Below, one piece after another: positions 1-10,900 of a stretch of 64,000 nt of DNA (position 1 is its first letter; the number at the start of each line of letters is the position of its first letter). Location of the stretch: positions 21,523 to 85,522 of the forward strand of contig DYOA01000004.1 in NCBI GenBank assembly GCA_020720785.1, in the 5' to 3' direction. The position numbers were made by a program, and so were the translations under genes. A model generated the notes under the pieces. It was not told the DNA's origin. It saw only the letters and a list, made by a program, of their open reading frames with translations, and did not search any database. This DNA comes from Leptospira biflexa (GTDB taxonomy: Bacteria; Spirochaetota; Leptospiria; Turneriellales; DYLW01).

Positions 1-644
1 ATCCGGAAAAAGCCTTTGAGATGATCTGGGGAAATGTTCATTCCATTCTCCAAAACGTGAACGATGAAATGATGGATATAATCAAATATTATGAAACCGG
101 AAAGGCAGGCAAGCTGAACCACATCCACCACAGAATGAATAAAATTCTTAATGCCCATAATCCGGCCATCCAGCATATCATTGAACTGGCGAATAAACAC
201 TTTGGCGAAAAAGACCTGATATATATTCCTTATATGACCAAATCCTATACTGATGTAAAATATGTTATTGAGAATATCCGCAAGATCACCCATACAGCTT
301 ATGAAAAAATAATGACCTACCACACCGGTTTATCCAGGAAAGAAGCGGAGGATATTGAGGAAATTGCAAAAATATCCAGGGAGATTATCAAGCAGCTTTC
401 CGTTTCTTTACCGGAAACCCTGAAAAATGCAGATAAAATCAAAAATCTGATAAAGAAAGCCCACTCGGTCCGGGAGGAAATCTCCCAGTCCCAGATTAAG
501 AGAATCAAACAGAAAAAGAGCAAGGTAAATGCCAGTATTTCTTACCTGATTATTCTGGATGAGTTTGGAGATCTCATAGAAAATCTGGATAACCTGCTGG
601 ATAATATCAAAAAGATGAAGAATTTGATTAATCAGCTGATCTAA
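1..644 (+). CDS. hypothetical helical protein, probably the 3' part of a gene that starts outside the window
   Basis: Track ORF 21..644. The same frame (codons from nt 3) has no stop before the window edge. The sequence is Lys/Glu/Ile-rich and helical, with no motif I can name. Confidence 0.5.
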   Translation, partial: PEKAFEMIWGNVHSILQNVNDEMMDIIKYYETGKAGKLNHIHHRMNKILNAHNPAIQHIIELANKHFGEKDLIYIPYMTKSYTDVKYVIENIRKITHTAYEKIMTYHTGLSRKEAEDIEEIAKISREIIKQLSVSLPETLKNADKIKNLIKKAHSVREEISQSQIKRIKQKKSKVNASISYLIILDEFGDLIENLDNLLDNIKKMKNLINQLI

Positions 645-650
645 TGTTTT

Positions 651-2636
651 TTAGGGATTGGGGGCGGAGTGGTTTAATTTATAGATATCTTTCTGGATGA
701 ATACATCCAGAATGGTACGGTCTATGTGGTTTCTCTCTGCTTCTTCTTTCAGTATATCCAGGGATTCTTCTCTGGATATCGCCTTTTTATAAGGACGATC
801 TGTGGCGGTGAGAGCGTCGTAGATGTCCGCTATTGCCATGATTCTGGCCTGAATGGGGATGTCTTTGGCTGTTAATTGCCTTGGGTAGCCGGTCCCATCC
901 AGTTTTTCGTGATGCCCATAGGCAATTTCCGGAACATTTTCCAGATCTCTGGTCCAGGGTATCTGGATTAAAAAATTATACGAATGGGTAACATGACTTT
1001 CAATTTCCACTCTTTCTTCTTCATCCAGAGAACCTCTTCTGACACTCAGGCGGAGTGCTTCATTCTCTGTGAGCAGCTGTATGGGATTTCCGTTAATGGG
1101 AACTCTAATCCTGGATATACTCTGTAAAAAATCAAAATCTCCCTCCTCCAGTATGGTAGGTTCGTTCACAGCATAAATAGAATGAAGCATTCTTTTTATT
1201 TTCTTCTTTTCTTCCAGAAATTTATTTTTTTCTTCCTGCAAAACCTTCAGATAATTGCTCCCCTTTCTGGTTTTCAGGAGGTAAGCCTTTTTATAGAATT
1301 CCGCTTCCATCCGCTTGGCGTAATAGCGGAATTTCCATTCAATGTTATTCAGCTCATGATCATAAAGCTTTTTGGATTTGGTAAGAACTTTTTCCCGGAC
1401 ACCCACCTTCCCAAAATCATGGAGGAGGGCGGCATACCGGATCTCGCGGATCTGGTTTCTGGAAAATTCCACATCCCGGAAATGAGGTTGACTGCATTCA
1501 GAAATGGCTTTAGCTGTTTCGACTGTGTATAAAGCCACTCTGTCTGAATGACCACGGGTAGTGGGATCCCGTTGTTCAATGGCTTTTACGGATGCCCGGA
1601 CAAAACCTTCAAAGAGCTTATGAATATCATTAATCAGAAGATTATTTTCAATAGCCACAGCCGCCTGTCCGGCCAGAGCTCCAACCAGATCCAAAGATTC
1701 CCGGGAAAACGGAATTACCAGATCTGTTTTCATCTGCTCAGGAGTTAATTTTTGGTTGAGATTTCGTTTTCTGTTCACCATTTGGATGACACCGGTGATG
1801 TCGTTCCGGTGGTTTTTCATGGGGACAACCAGCATAGATTTTGTATGATAATTATGCACTTTGTCAAATTCATCGTTAAAGGAATAAGCCGTGTTTTCCG
1901 GTAGCCGATACACATTGTCAATCATCAGGATTTCTCCGGTCAGGGCCACATAACCGGCAATAGATTCATCATTGATTTCCAGAAGAAATTCATCAGCGGA
2001 GAGATTCAGGGAAGACCGCTTGAATCGAAGGCGGGTAACTTTTTTTCTATCTGTTATTTTTTCTGTGAGGTAAAGCGATCCCCCATCCGCATTTGTCAGG
2101 GAAATGGAATATTTCAGAATCAGATCAATCAGAACATCCAGATCTTTTTCCTGGGAGAGCATTTTCCCCACGTGGAGTATTTTCTGGAGTTCATCCTGTT
2201 TTTTCCCCAGCGATAGCTCCAGTTGCATGATATCGTTTTTTAACCTTTGCCGGGCTTCTATGGAAGATAGTATTTTTTCGACCGAACACCCCGGGCTGTC
2301 CAATGGGATCACCGCTTCTATAATTTCATCCGGAAAATCCGAAAGCAAGGCACTGTTCACCGTATTACCAAATAACAGCAAGGAAAATTTAAACTCTGTA
2401 TACTGAAAAACCCAGTTCAGAATTTTTTCTTTATTGGATAATAAAAAATCCATAGCTATGGCAAGGATGATATGGGTTCTTTTCGATTTGAATGGGAAAT
2501 TATTTCCCGCAATCATGGATTCAAAGTCATGAAATGAAATAATATCCCATTCATTGGTATTTAAACCAATTTGCTCCGGAGAATCGAAGGATGTTACAAT
2601 AATAGAGATTTTTTTGGATTCTGAAGTCCCCGGCAT
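651..2636 (-). CDS. HD-GYP domain cyclic-di-GMP phosphodiesterase with N-terminal receiver-like region and GAF domain
   Basis: The 661-aa ORF has an HD motif 'ALLHDFGK' and a GYP motif 'HHEKLDGTGYP'. A GAF-like block ('GGSLYLTE...IAGYVALTGE') precedes them. Confidence 0.9.
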   Translation of the reverse strand: MPGTSESKKISIIVTSFDSPEQIGLNTNEWDIISFHDFESMIAGNNFPFKSKRTHIILAIAMDFLLSNKEKILNWVFQYTEFKFSLLLFGNTVNSALLSDFPDEIIEAVIPLDSPGCSVEKILSSIEARQRLKNDIMQLELSLGKKQDELQKILHVGKMLSQEKDLDVLIDLILKYSISLTNADGGSLYLTEKITDRKKVTRLRFKRSSLNLSADEFLLEINDESIAGYVALTGEILMIDNVYRLPENTAYSFNDEFDKVHNYHTKSMLVVPMKNHRNDITGVIQMVNRKRNLNQKLTPEQMKTDLVIPFSRESLDLVGALAGQAAVAIENNLLINDIHKLFEGFVRASVKAIEQRDPTTRGHSDRVALYTVETAKAISECSQPHFRDVEFSRNQIREIRYAALLHDFGKVGVREKVLTKSKKLYDHELNNIEWKFRYYAKRMEAEFYKKAYLLKTRKGSNYLKVLQEEKNKFLEEKKKIKRMLHSIYAVNEPTILEEGDFDFLQSISRIRVPINGNPIQLLTENEALRLSVRRGSLDEEERVEIESHVTHSYNFLIQIPWTRDLENVPEIAYGHHEKLDGTGYPRQLTAKDIPIQARIMAIADIYDALTATDRPYKKAISREESLDILKEEAERNHIDRTILDVFIQKDIYKLNHSAPNP

Positions 2637-2638
2637 GT

Positions 2639-3325
2639 TTACCCTGTCGCCTCAAAGCGTTCTCTTGCAGTCTTGTATTCCTGGGTAAGAGGTATCTCGA
2701 CCTTGGCGATGGTAATATCCTTATAATTGGATCGGAGGGTGAACAAATGCGGATCAATTCCCTGTGCTTTTAAAAGCATGGTGATGAGCACAATTCCCAT
2801 TCCGGCTCCCTCGGAAGAGTCTCCACCGGCAATATAAAATTCAGCAATGTTATCATACTCCATGGCTGTCTGGAATTTCTGGCGTATCCGCACATCTTCT
2901 TTTTCAGAAATGGGGCGGTTATTGATCACTTCAATAAGCAGTCGCTGGGGGTTATAATTGAAGGATATATCCACATAAAGACCCATAATCTCAGCCTTTT
3001 TTCCATACTCCAGAATCCATGCTTCCGTCAGATTGGTTTTGAAATGGTTCATACCGGAGGCATAGTCTTTATCATTGTCCATACTGATACCCAATTCTTC
3101 AAACAGCACCTGCTTGATATTGGCTTTTGCTCCGTTGATGGAAAGCTCCTTTAGGGCAGTGTACACAGGCCCAATGATGTCCAATCGGTCATATTTGCTC
3201 AAAATGGTTTCTGTTATATAACTCATGGTACCTTCGGTTTCAGAGATAACCGCATAGGCCCTGATTTTAATTGGCCGTTCCTGTGCAATTGCCTGGTCAA
3301 TCTGCACCTTCAAAGATTCTTCCAT
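2639..3325 (-). CDS. GHKL/HATPase_c-like ATP-binding protein (possible serine kinase or anti-sigma-like protein)
   Basis: The 228-aa ORF stops 2 nt before the HD-GYP start, which suggests an operon. It has an N-box-like 'ELSINGAKAN' and a G2-like 'GAGMGIVLI'. The G1 box is degenerate, so the assignment is tentative. Confidence 0.55.
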   Translation of the reverse strand: MEESLKVQIDQAIAQERPIKIRAYAVISETEGTMSYITETILSKYDRLDIIGPVYTALKELSINGAKANIKQVLFEELGISMDNDKDYASGMNHFKTNLTEAWILEYGKKAEIMGLYVDISFNYNPQRLLIEVINNRPISEKEDVRIRQKFQTAMEYDNIAEFYIAGGDSSEGAGMGIVLITMLLKAQGIDPHLFTLRSNYKDITIAKVEIPLTQEYKTARERFEATG

Positions 3326-3356
3326 CGACGTAAAAATATGTTATCAGAATCCTATG

Positions 3357-3914
3357 TCAACCCTTTTTGATACTTCTTCTTTTTAATTCTGCCAGGGAAT
3401 ACTCGCAGCCACAGTACTTCTGGCGGTAATATCCATATTCCCGGGATAACTCTATACTTTTTTTATAACCATTATTCTCTTTGAAATTGATTTTCTGGAA
3501 GCCGGGGAATCCTGAACCAATACGGAATATGGTTTCCGTATTCTTAAATGGACTTATGGTCAGCGATGTGGTGAACTCCGGTATGCCCAACGTCATTGCC
3601 AGTGCATGGGCTTTGCTAAACGTATACTGAAAACAAACATCACATCGTTTTCCGCCCTCCGGCTCCATGTAAAATGGGCTGGTAAGGTTTAACCATTCAT
3701 TATGTCCATAATTGTCCACAACCAACGGGACGGAATGACGCTCTGCCAATTGCTGTACATATTCCAGTCGTTTATAATATTCGGTTTCCGGGTAGATATT
3801 GGCATTGGAATAAAACAGGGTAATACCGGTATAGCCCAATTCCTGTAGCTTTAGGATGGACCAGGTGGCACAGGGGGCACAGCAGACATGCAACAGGATT
3901 GGGCCGGAATCCAT
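3357..3914 (-). CDS. queH: epoxyqueuosine reductase QueH (DUF208 family)
   Basis: The 185-aa ORF has an N-terminal 'LLHVCCAPCA' motif and a C-terminal 'YCGCEYS' motif. This is the Cys pattern characteristic of QueH. Confidence 0.85.
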   Translation of the reverse strand: MDSGPILLHVCCAPCATWSILKLQELGYTGITLFYSNANIYPETEYYKRLEYVQQLAERHSVPLVVDNYGHNEWLNLTSPFYMEPEGGKRCDVCFQYTFSKAHALAMTLGIPEFTTSLTISPFKNTETIFRIGSGFPGFQKINFKENNGYKKSIELSREYGYYRQKYCGCEYSLAELKRRSIKKG

Positions 3915-3915
3915 T

Positions 3916-4254
3916 TTAATAATTCCAGGCGAAGCTTTTCAGGATGGTAGCACTGAATTTTTCTCCTGATATATTCAAATCATCCAGTGCAAAAACATAG
4001 TTTTCCGGCGGGAGGCTGTTGATAATTTCTTTGGAAAGGATATCCCGGTTGACATTGATAAATCCAAGCGAGTTCCGGAGAATTTTTTTATATGCATGAA
4101 ACAGATTCCGCATAACATGAAGAGTTGCCGTAATATCATTTTCAAAAGACGCATTGGAAACCAAACCATTCCGGAATAGCAGTTCATAAGCATAGATATG
4201 ATTGTCGGAGTTTATTATGGGTTGCCTTCCGATATTGATATTATTTGTATGCAT
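3916..4254 (-). CDS. truncated EAL-domain N-terminal fragment (EAL/HDOD-family start), possible gene remnant
   Basis: The 112-aa ORF begins 'GRQPIINSDNHIYAYELLFR', the typical start of EAL domains. It ends after about 110 residues, whereas a full EAL domain is about 240 aa. Its stop lies 1 nt before the queH ATG. Confidence 0.55.
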   Translation of the reverse strand: MHTNNINIGRQPIINSDNHIYAYELLFRNGLVSNASFENDITATLHVMRNLFHAYKKILRNSLGFINVNRDILSKEIINSLPPENYVFALDDLNISGEKFSATILKSFAWNY

Positions 4255-4284
4255 TAAGCGTAGATGGAATGGTTTTATCAGAAG

Positions 4285-4318
4285 GAAAGCTTTTTTTATG
4301 GACTACCAAAGCCGATAA
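4285..4318 (+). promoter_or_regulatory. sigma-28 (FliA)-type promoter candidate for the chemosensory operon
   Basis: There is an exact GCCGATAA at 4311-4318, 23 nt upstream of the MCP ATG, followed by AAGAGG (4331-4336). A -35-like GAAAGCTT lies at 4285-4292, but the spacer is 18 nt rather than the canonical ~11, so the -35 is not canonical. Confidence 0.4.
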
Positions 4319-4340
4319 TTAAGGATAGTTAAGAGGTAGA

Positions 4341-6569
4341 ATGAATCGCGATAAAACTTACATACAATTATGGTTATTTGGAGCATTTCTGATGCCACCC
4401 ATGGCTTGGTTGCTATTGGCATGGTTTGCGGAAATATGGAGTTTTTCAGAAATGCTGGAGATTGTTTTTTATCCTGTGATCTGGATATATGTGGCCGTTT
4501 ATCTTACCTTTGTGGCCATTGGAATTCGCTGGAAACTGGGAATTATCCAGAAATGGTTTCTGAACACATGGGAAGAAAATTTAGCACCAGCCCAGAAGCA
4601 GATATCGTCGCTGGTTATGTTTTTTTCCATCAATATAATTCTGTATATATTAATTGGCCCTAAACTGGTTACCCATCATGTGGATTTTCTGACAGAACGG
4701 GAATTCTGGCTGGCAGAAGCTACGGGGCTTCCCATTATATTCCTGTTTGCCGCACCGTTTTTTATTCAATATCTGAAGAATATTGAATTATGGACCAAAC
4801 CCATCCCATTATCCCAGAGGTATCCATTTATTTCTCTGAGAAACAAAATGGCCATGACTCTGGGGTTTACCACGGTGGGTGTCATTTTTTTAATCAGTTT
4901 GTTCACCATTTCCATAATAAACGCTCATGCAGGGGATTCCGGTGAACAGATTTTTCAGCGAATGCTGATCAAGGATATGGTCGCGTCTGTCATTTCCATT
5001 TCCATTATGTTTCTGAATTTATTTTTAATCATACGTTCAGTGAATCGACCGGTTTCCCAGGTAAACCAGATGCTGAATACCATGCTCAAAAACATCGGGG
5101 AAGGTCAGGCAGATTTAACTGTGAATATTGATGTGGAAAGCCGCAATGAGATTGGGATGTTCACCCGGAAACTCAATGAATTTGTATTAATACTGCGTAC
5201 CATGATAAATATCATCAAAACCAATGCAAACAGTCTGAGCCGGGCATCCGATAATCTGATGCAGGTATCTTCTGGCGTATCAGAATCATCGGAGAGCATG
5301 ATTACAGAAGCACAATCCGTAGCTAGTGCCACAGAAGAAATGAGTATGAATATGAATACGATGGCTTCCACCACAGAAGAAATGAGCGTCAATATTGCCT
5401 CCGTTGCCACAGCAGCCGAGCAGATGTCCCAGAATATGAGTAATATTTCCCGGACGGCGGAAGGGATGACCCGGAATATGGATTCCATTTCCAAAAATTC
5501 AGAAAACAGCTCCCAGATATCCGGTATTGCCGTAAATTACACAAAAAATGCATCCACTTCCATGGATACTCTGGGACTCGCAGCAGATGAAATTGGGGAA
5601 GTGACAAACGTTATCAAGAAAATTGCAGAAAAAACAAATTTACTGGCGTTAAACGCGACCATTGAGGCTGCCTCCGCAGGAGAAGCCGGAAAAGGATTTG
5701 GGGTGGTAGCCATTGAAATCAAGGAACTGGCCAACCAGAGTGCCGTCGCAGCGGAGGATATTGCCAAAAAAATTAACGATGTGCAGAAAAGCACCCGTAG
5801 TGCAGTGGAAATCATACGGGAGGTTTCTGAAATTGTGGGTAAATTGAACCATGCTTCCAAAAGCATCAATGATTCTGTTTTGAGCCAGACTTCCTCCATG
5901 GAAAGCATTTCCATTAATCTCGCGGAGGCAAATAAAGGAATCGGGAATATCGCCAAATCCGCTCAGGAGTTGACCTTTGGGGCCAATGAATTGTCAAAGA
6001 ATGCTGGTGAAGCAGCTCGGGGAACGGACAATGTTTCCAAGAGCATGTCATCGGTGAACGGTAAAATAAACCAGAATAAAGATATTTCCAATAAAGTTAA
6101 TTCCTCTGCCCATGAATTGTTTAATATATCTGAGGATTTAAGAAAGACAGTGGAACAGTTTATTGTGGATCAGGAGGAACAGAAACGAATCAATCCGAAT
6201 AGTTTTGAAAAAGAAGAGATAGATTTTTTTATCAGTAACCACATCAACCAGGGACGGGCATTAACCGAAATGCTGAAAACCGGGGCAGTTTTTTCCCCCA
6301 CATCTCATGAAGAATGCATTCTGGGAAAATGGTACTCCGGAGAGGGGAAAAACCTGTATGGCAATCTGGTAGAGTTTATGGGCATTGATGACCCGCATCG
6401 CAAATTGCATGAGATTGTATTACGGATTCATACTCTGTTCCAGGAAAACCGCAAAGATGAAGCAAGCCGTTTGATGTCGCACTGGGAAGAACTATCCCAC
6501 AACCTTACCCAAAGGCTGAATGAATTAAAAAAAGCAATCATGAAGCTGGGAGAAAAAAATGTTTGGTAA
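4341..6569 (+). CDS. methyl-accepting chemotaxis protein with multi-TM N-terminus, HAMP domain and C-terminal CZB zinc-binding domain
   Basis: The 742-aa ORF carries the MCP signalling hairpin '[34 protein letters not shown]'. Its C-terminus has 'H..//..[10 protein letters not shown]...HRKLH', matching the CZB His/Cys motif. Confidence 0.92.
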   Translation: MNRDKTYIQLWLFGAFLMPPMAWLLLAWFAEIWSFSEMLEIVFYPVIWIYVAVYLTFVAIGIRWKLGIIQKWFLNTWEENLAPAQKQISSLVMFFSINIILYILIGPKLVTHHVDFLTEREFWLAEATGLPIIFLFAAPFFIQYLKNIELWTKPIPLSQRYPFISLRNKMAMTLGFTTVGVIFLISLFTISIINAHAGDSGEQIFQRMLIKDMVASVISISIMFLNLFLIIRSVNRPVSQVNQMLNTMLKNIGEGQADLTVNIDVESRNEIGMFTRKLNEFVLILRTMINIIKTNANSLSRASDNLMQVSSGVSESSESMITEAQSVASATEEMSMNMNTMASTTEEMSVNIASVATAAEQMSQNMSNISRTAEGMTRNMDSISKNSENSSQISGIAVNYTKNASTSMDTLGLAADEIGEVTNVIKKIAEKTNLLALNATIEAASAGEAGKGFGVVAIEIKELANQSAVAAEDIAKKINDVQKSTRSAVEIIREVSEIVGKLNHASKSINDSVLSQTSSMESISINLAEANKGIGNIAKSAQELTFGANELSKNAGEAARGTDNVSKSMSSVNGKINQNKDISNKVNSSAHELFNISEDLRKTVEQFIVDQEEQKRINPNSFEKEEIDFFISNHINQGRALTEMLKTGAVFSPTSHEECILGKWYSGEGKNLYGNLVEFMGIDDPHRKLHEIVLRIHTLFQENRKDEASRLMSHWEELSHNLTQRLNELKKAIMKLGEKNVW

Positions 6570-7914
6570 AGATAAACTGGATTATATCCGGGAAAGAATT
6601 GTCCAGAAAGCAAAAGAGGCCGGCTATGAACTGAATCCCCAGGAGAATGCGTCTCTCCACGGATCCAATCCGGAGTTGTTGTTCCAGTTATTGGAAAAAT
6701 TAATATCCCGAACAATAAAAAACCGTATTGAAGATGCCCCCATGGCATTTATTAAAAAGCTGTTCCAATTGGAGCAAGATAAGAAAATATACAATTCCTC
6801 AGATTTTGATCTTTATGCGATGAATTCTGGGGACCTTTACGAGAAAATGGAATTCCTGAATAAGATAAAAAACATTGAAGTTAAATTCTGGAAATCCCTT
6901 TCCGATCTGTTTCCATCGGCGGTGTTTGTGGTGGCACCGGACAGAAAATTCAAATATTTTAACAAACAGTTTGAATTATTGACGCAGTGGAATGCGGAAG
7001 CCATCTGGGGGGTTACAGGAGCCTATGAAATATTCTGGCCAGAGGATCCCAAAAACTGTCCGGTCTGTAAAATCGTCCGGTATTTTGATCATGAAGCCCG
7101 CAAGTCAGGAATGGAAGAAACCAAAATTAGAACAAAAGATGGTGGCATTATTCCCGTCTCTCTTTATGTCATTCCCGTTTATGAGGAAGACGGGGCTCTC
7201 ATCCATACTTTTGGGATTGTCCAGAGCCGGTTAGAGGAATTTAGAAGAAGATCGGATTACCTGAATAGGGAAATTGAGCCCATTATTGATTCCCTGAGTA
7301 AAATTGCCAATAAAAATATCACAGAAAAAATTACCATGCTCCGTGATAATGAACTCAAAAGCCTGGAGGACCCCATAAATACCATCATTGAAAATCTGCA
7401 TGGAATTCTCACATTCATCGCGGATTCTTCAGTTGAGGCCGTCCAGTCTTCCGAATCCATCAAGCACATTCTGGACGGATTCAATAAATGGCACAAAAGT
7501 ACTTTCAAGACAGAGCAGGATGAATTACTGGAAATATCCCGTAAAATGGAAACATCCACCGGACGGATTGAGCAGATTATTAATCTGATCCAGACCATTG
7601 CTGACCAGACCAACCTGCTATCATTGAATGCATCCATTGTGGCCAACAAGGCGGGTGAGCACGGGCGGGGTTTTGCTGTGGTGGCTTCCGAAGTACGGCA
7701 GTTGGCTCAAAAAAGCTATGAGGCCACCAATGAAGTGGCTGGGATTATTGATGAAATAAAAACAAATACCAGAAATATGGCGGATAAGGTAAATATTGCG
7801 AATATTGAAAGCAACCACTTGAACGATTATATCCTGAATATTTATGACCATTTTAATAAAATAGAAAGTTCTCTGATAAATCTGAATGACAAAATGAAGG
7901 AATTTACTATTTAA
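6559..7914 (+). CDS. soluble PAS-domain methyl-accepting chemotaxis protein
   Basis: The 451-aa ORF has no TM segment. It has a PAS-like region '[24 protein letters not shown]' and the MCP core '[34 protein letters not shown]'. It overlaps the upstream MCP by 11 nt. Confidence 0.9.
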   Translation: MFGKDKLDYIRERIVQKAKEAGYELNPQENASLHGSNPELLFQLLEKLISRTIKNRIEDAPMAFIKKLFQLEQDKKIYNSSDFDLYAMNSGDLYEKMEFLNKIKNIEVKFWKSLSDLFPSAVFVVAPDRKFKYFNKQFELLTQWNAEAIWGVTGAYEIFWPEDPKNCPVCKIVRYFDHEARKSGMEETKIRTKDGGIIPVSLYVIPVYEEDGALIHTFGIVQSRLEEFRRRSDYLNREIEPIIDSLSKIANKNITEKITMLRDNELKSLEDPINTIIENLHGILTFIADSSVEAVQSSESIKHILDGFNKWHKSTFKTEQDELLEISRKMETSTGRIEQIINLIQTIADQTNLLSLNASIVANKAGEHGRGFAVVASEVRQLAQKSYEATNEVAGIIDEIKTNTRNMADKVNIANIESNHLNDYILNIYDHFNKIESSLINLNDKMKEFTI

Positions 7915-7915
7915 C

Positions 7916-10900
7916 ATGATTGACTCAGACATGATATCGGATTTTGTGGAAGAATCCCGCGAACTCTTGGATTCCACGGAAGAGTTTTTTCTGGAGCTGG
8001 AAAAAAATCCGGACGCAGAAAAAATCAATACGCTTTTCCGTGCCGTGCACACCATAAAAGGGACGTCCGGCTTTCTGGGATTGGAAAACATTGGAAAGCT
8101 TTCCCATACCATGGAAAATATTATGGCAAAAATCCGGGACGGCAGTATGAAACCGGATGCTATTATCATTGATGCACTTCTCCAGGGTAATGATCTTCTG
8201 AAAGATATGATAAGGAATGTCTCTGAAAGCGACCAGAAGGACATTTCCGGAATAGTCCGGATAATGACGGATATTCTGGAAAATAAAAAGCCGGCTTCTT
8301 CTTCCACCCAGGAAAAACCAGAAAAAAAGATTCCGGAGGAAAATAAAACACTGCAGCGTGATAACCAATTTCCAAAGGAACAATCTTCCATGGATGTTCC
8401 GGAAGAACTGCTGGATGAGTTTATTTTTGAGGCCGGAAAGTATCTGACCAATCTGGAAGAGATTATTGACAACTGGGACATCCATAATGCCATCACGCAG
8501 GAATCTCTTCTCTCCGGTTTGCATGCTTTGAATGCTCTGAAGAGCAGTGCAGAATTTATTGGTTTGGGACATATATCCTTGATTGCGGAATTTGGGGAAT
8601 CCCTTCTTCAGGAGATAAACCGTGAAAATTCACTGTTTATTGCCTATAATAATTATCTTTTTATGATAAAGGATAAAATGCAGACATATCTGGACAACAT
8701 TAATGAGGCGGATCAGGAGGATGCCCGGAGTTTCATCCAGATTATCCGGGAAGCTATCAGCGGGGACAGCCAGGGGAATATTAAAAAAAATGAACATAAA
8801 GTAGCCTCTGGGGATACCGTAAATAAAAATGAAAATGCCCTGAAGTCAGAAATGGAGATAAATGACTCCATTCGTATTCATTTATCCATTGTGGACAGAC
8901 TGATGCGCCTGGCCGGAGAACTGGTATTAATACGGAACCAGCAATTAATCTCATTTCAAAATATTAACTCTGGTTCACGGGAAATTGTCCAGCGGCTGGA
9001 TGGGGTGACCTCGGAAATACAGGAAACCATAATGAAAACCCGTCTCCAGCCAATTGGGAACATAGTAAACAAATTTCCCCGTTTTATCCGGGAGTTGAAT
9101 AAGAAGTTGGAGAAAAAAATTGAGATGGAAATAACTGGTGCGGAAGTGGAGCTTGACCGTACCATCATAGAATCTCTGGCGGCTCCTCTTACCCACCTGA
9201 TTCGAAATTCCGCTGACCATGGTATTGAGCTTCCTCAGGAGAGAATTCGGGCAGGAAAAAGGGAAACCGGTCTGATCTCCATTTTTGCATACCATGAGGG
9301 CGGATTAATTCATATTAAAATCACCGATGACGGACGGGGAATGAATCTTCAGAAAATAAAGCAAAAGGCTATTGAATCCGGAATTGTCAATGAAAATGAA
9401 TTAGCAGTATGGTCAGAAAATGAAATTATCAATCTGGTTATGCGGCCTGGATTCTCCACTGCAGAGAAAGTCAGTGATGTTTCCGGAAGAGGGGTGGGTA
9501 TGGATGTGGTGAAATCTTCCATTGAACGGCTGAATGGGAGCATAGAAATCAAATCCATGGAAAACGTCGGATCCGAAATTCTGATTAAACTGCCGTTAAC
9601 TCTTGCTATCATTCCTTCCCTGATTGTTATCTCCGGAGATTACCGCTATGCGATTCCCCAGGTGAATCTGGAAGAGCTGGTAACCATTGGACAGAATGCG
9701 ACCTCCCGAGTGGAAACCACACAGGATCAGGAAGTATTCCGGTTACGGGATTTTCTTTTGCCTGTTGTCCGCCTGGATGAATTGCTGGGTTCCCCGGAAC
9801 CGATGAATCGTGAGACGAAGATGGATATTCTGATGAAATATGCCCTGCACCGGGAAAAGGAAACCCGGAATCTGGCTGTGCTGGTGGCCGGGAATAAAAA
9901 GTACGGAATGATCATAGACCAGGTACTGGGAACGGAAGAGATTGTTGTAAAACCCATGCATAACGCATTAAAACATTTGAAAGTATATTCCGGTGCCACT
10001 ATCTTAGGGGACGGGAAGATAGCCCTGATTCTGGATGCAGAAGGCATTGGGAATCATTACGGTGTGAACTACAATGTGAAGATGAAGGAAAAGGAATACA
10101 TCAATGAAAATTCCATTAATGAATCTGTCCTCATATTCCGTTATGGGGAAAAAGAACAATTTGGTTTATCCCTGCATCTGATTTCCCGTATAAAAGAAAT
10201 TTCAGCCCATGACATCCAGAAAGTGGGAAATGATGAATATGTCCATTTTGATAATAAAAGCAATAAAATAATTCGGCTGGATTCCTATCTGCCCATAGAT
10301 CCCATTGTTGCCACAGAATATTATTATATTATTTTATTTAAACACATAAATAAACCCGCCGGTATAATAATTTCAGAGCTGATTGATATCCGGGACATTG
10401 CTATCATTCTGGATGAAGTGTCTTATAAAAAGGACGGGGTTTTGGGGACTTCCATTATAAATGACAAAATTACCATTTTTCCGGATATCTACAGGGTTAT
10501 GGAACTGGCCGAACCGGAATGGTTTTCCCAAAAAGAAAAGAAATATTTATACGCGGATAAAAAAGCACTGGTTGTGGATGATTCGTCCATTTTCCGTTCC
10601 ATGATATCCAAATACCTGCGGGAAGAGAAATTCCTTGTTACCACAGCCACCGATGGAAAAGACGCCCTTCAGAAATGGAAAACCGGGAAATTTGATTTAA
10701 TCATCAGCGACCTGGAAATGCCTGTAATGGATGGTTTTGGGTGGATCGCGGAAGTGAGAAACCTGAAAGATGGAAAAGATATTCCCGCTATCGCTCTGTC
10801 CTCTCTGAACAAAGAGGATATTATAGAAAAAGCAAAATCGGCCGGTTTTGACAGATATGAAATCAAAATTGAACGTGAGCATTTTATACAGACCGTATAC

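Noticed and set aside
7621-8572. Minus-strand ORFs of 291 aa and 215 aa inside the MCP and cheA genes, and similar ones of 243 aa and 246 aa inside fapA (41539..42596).
   Set aside because: They are antisense to strongly supported genes, Ser/Phe/Ile-rich and without motifs. The pattern matches the other shadow ORFs in this window.
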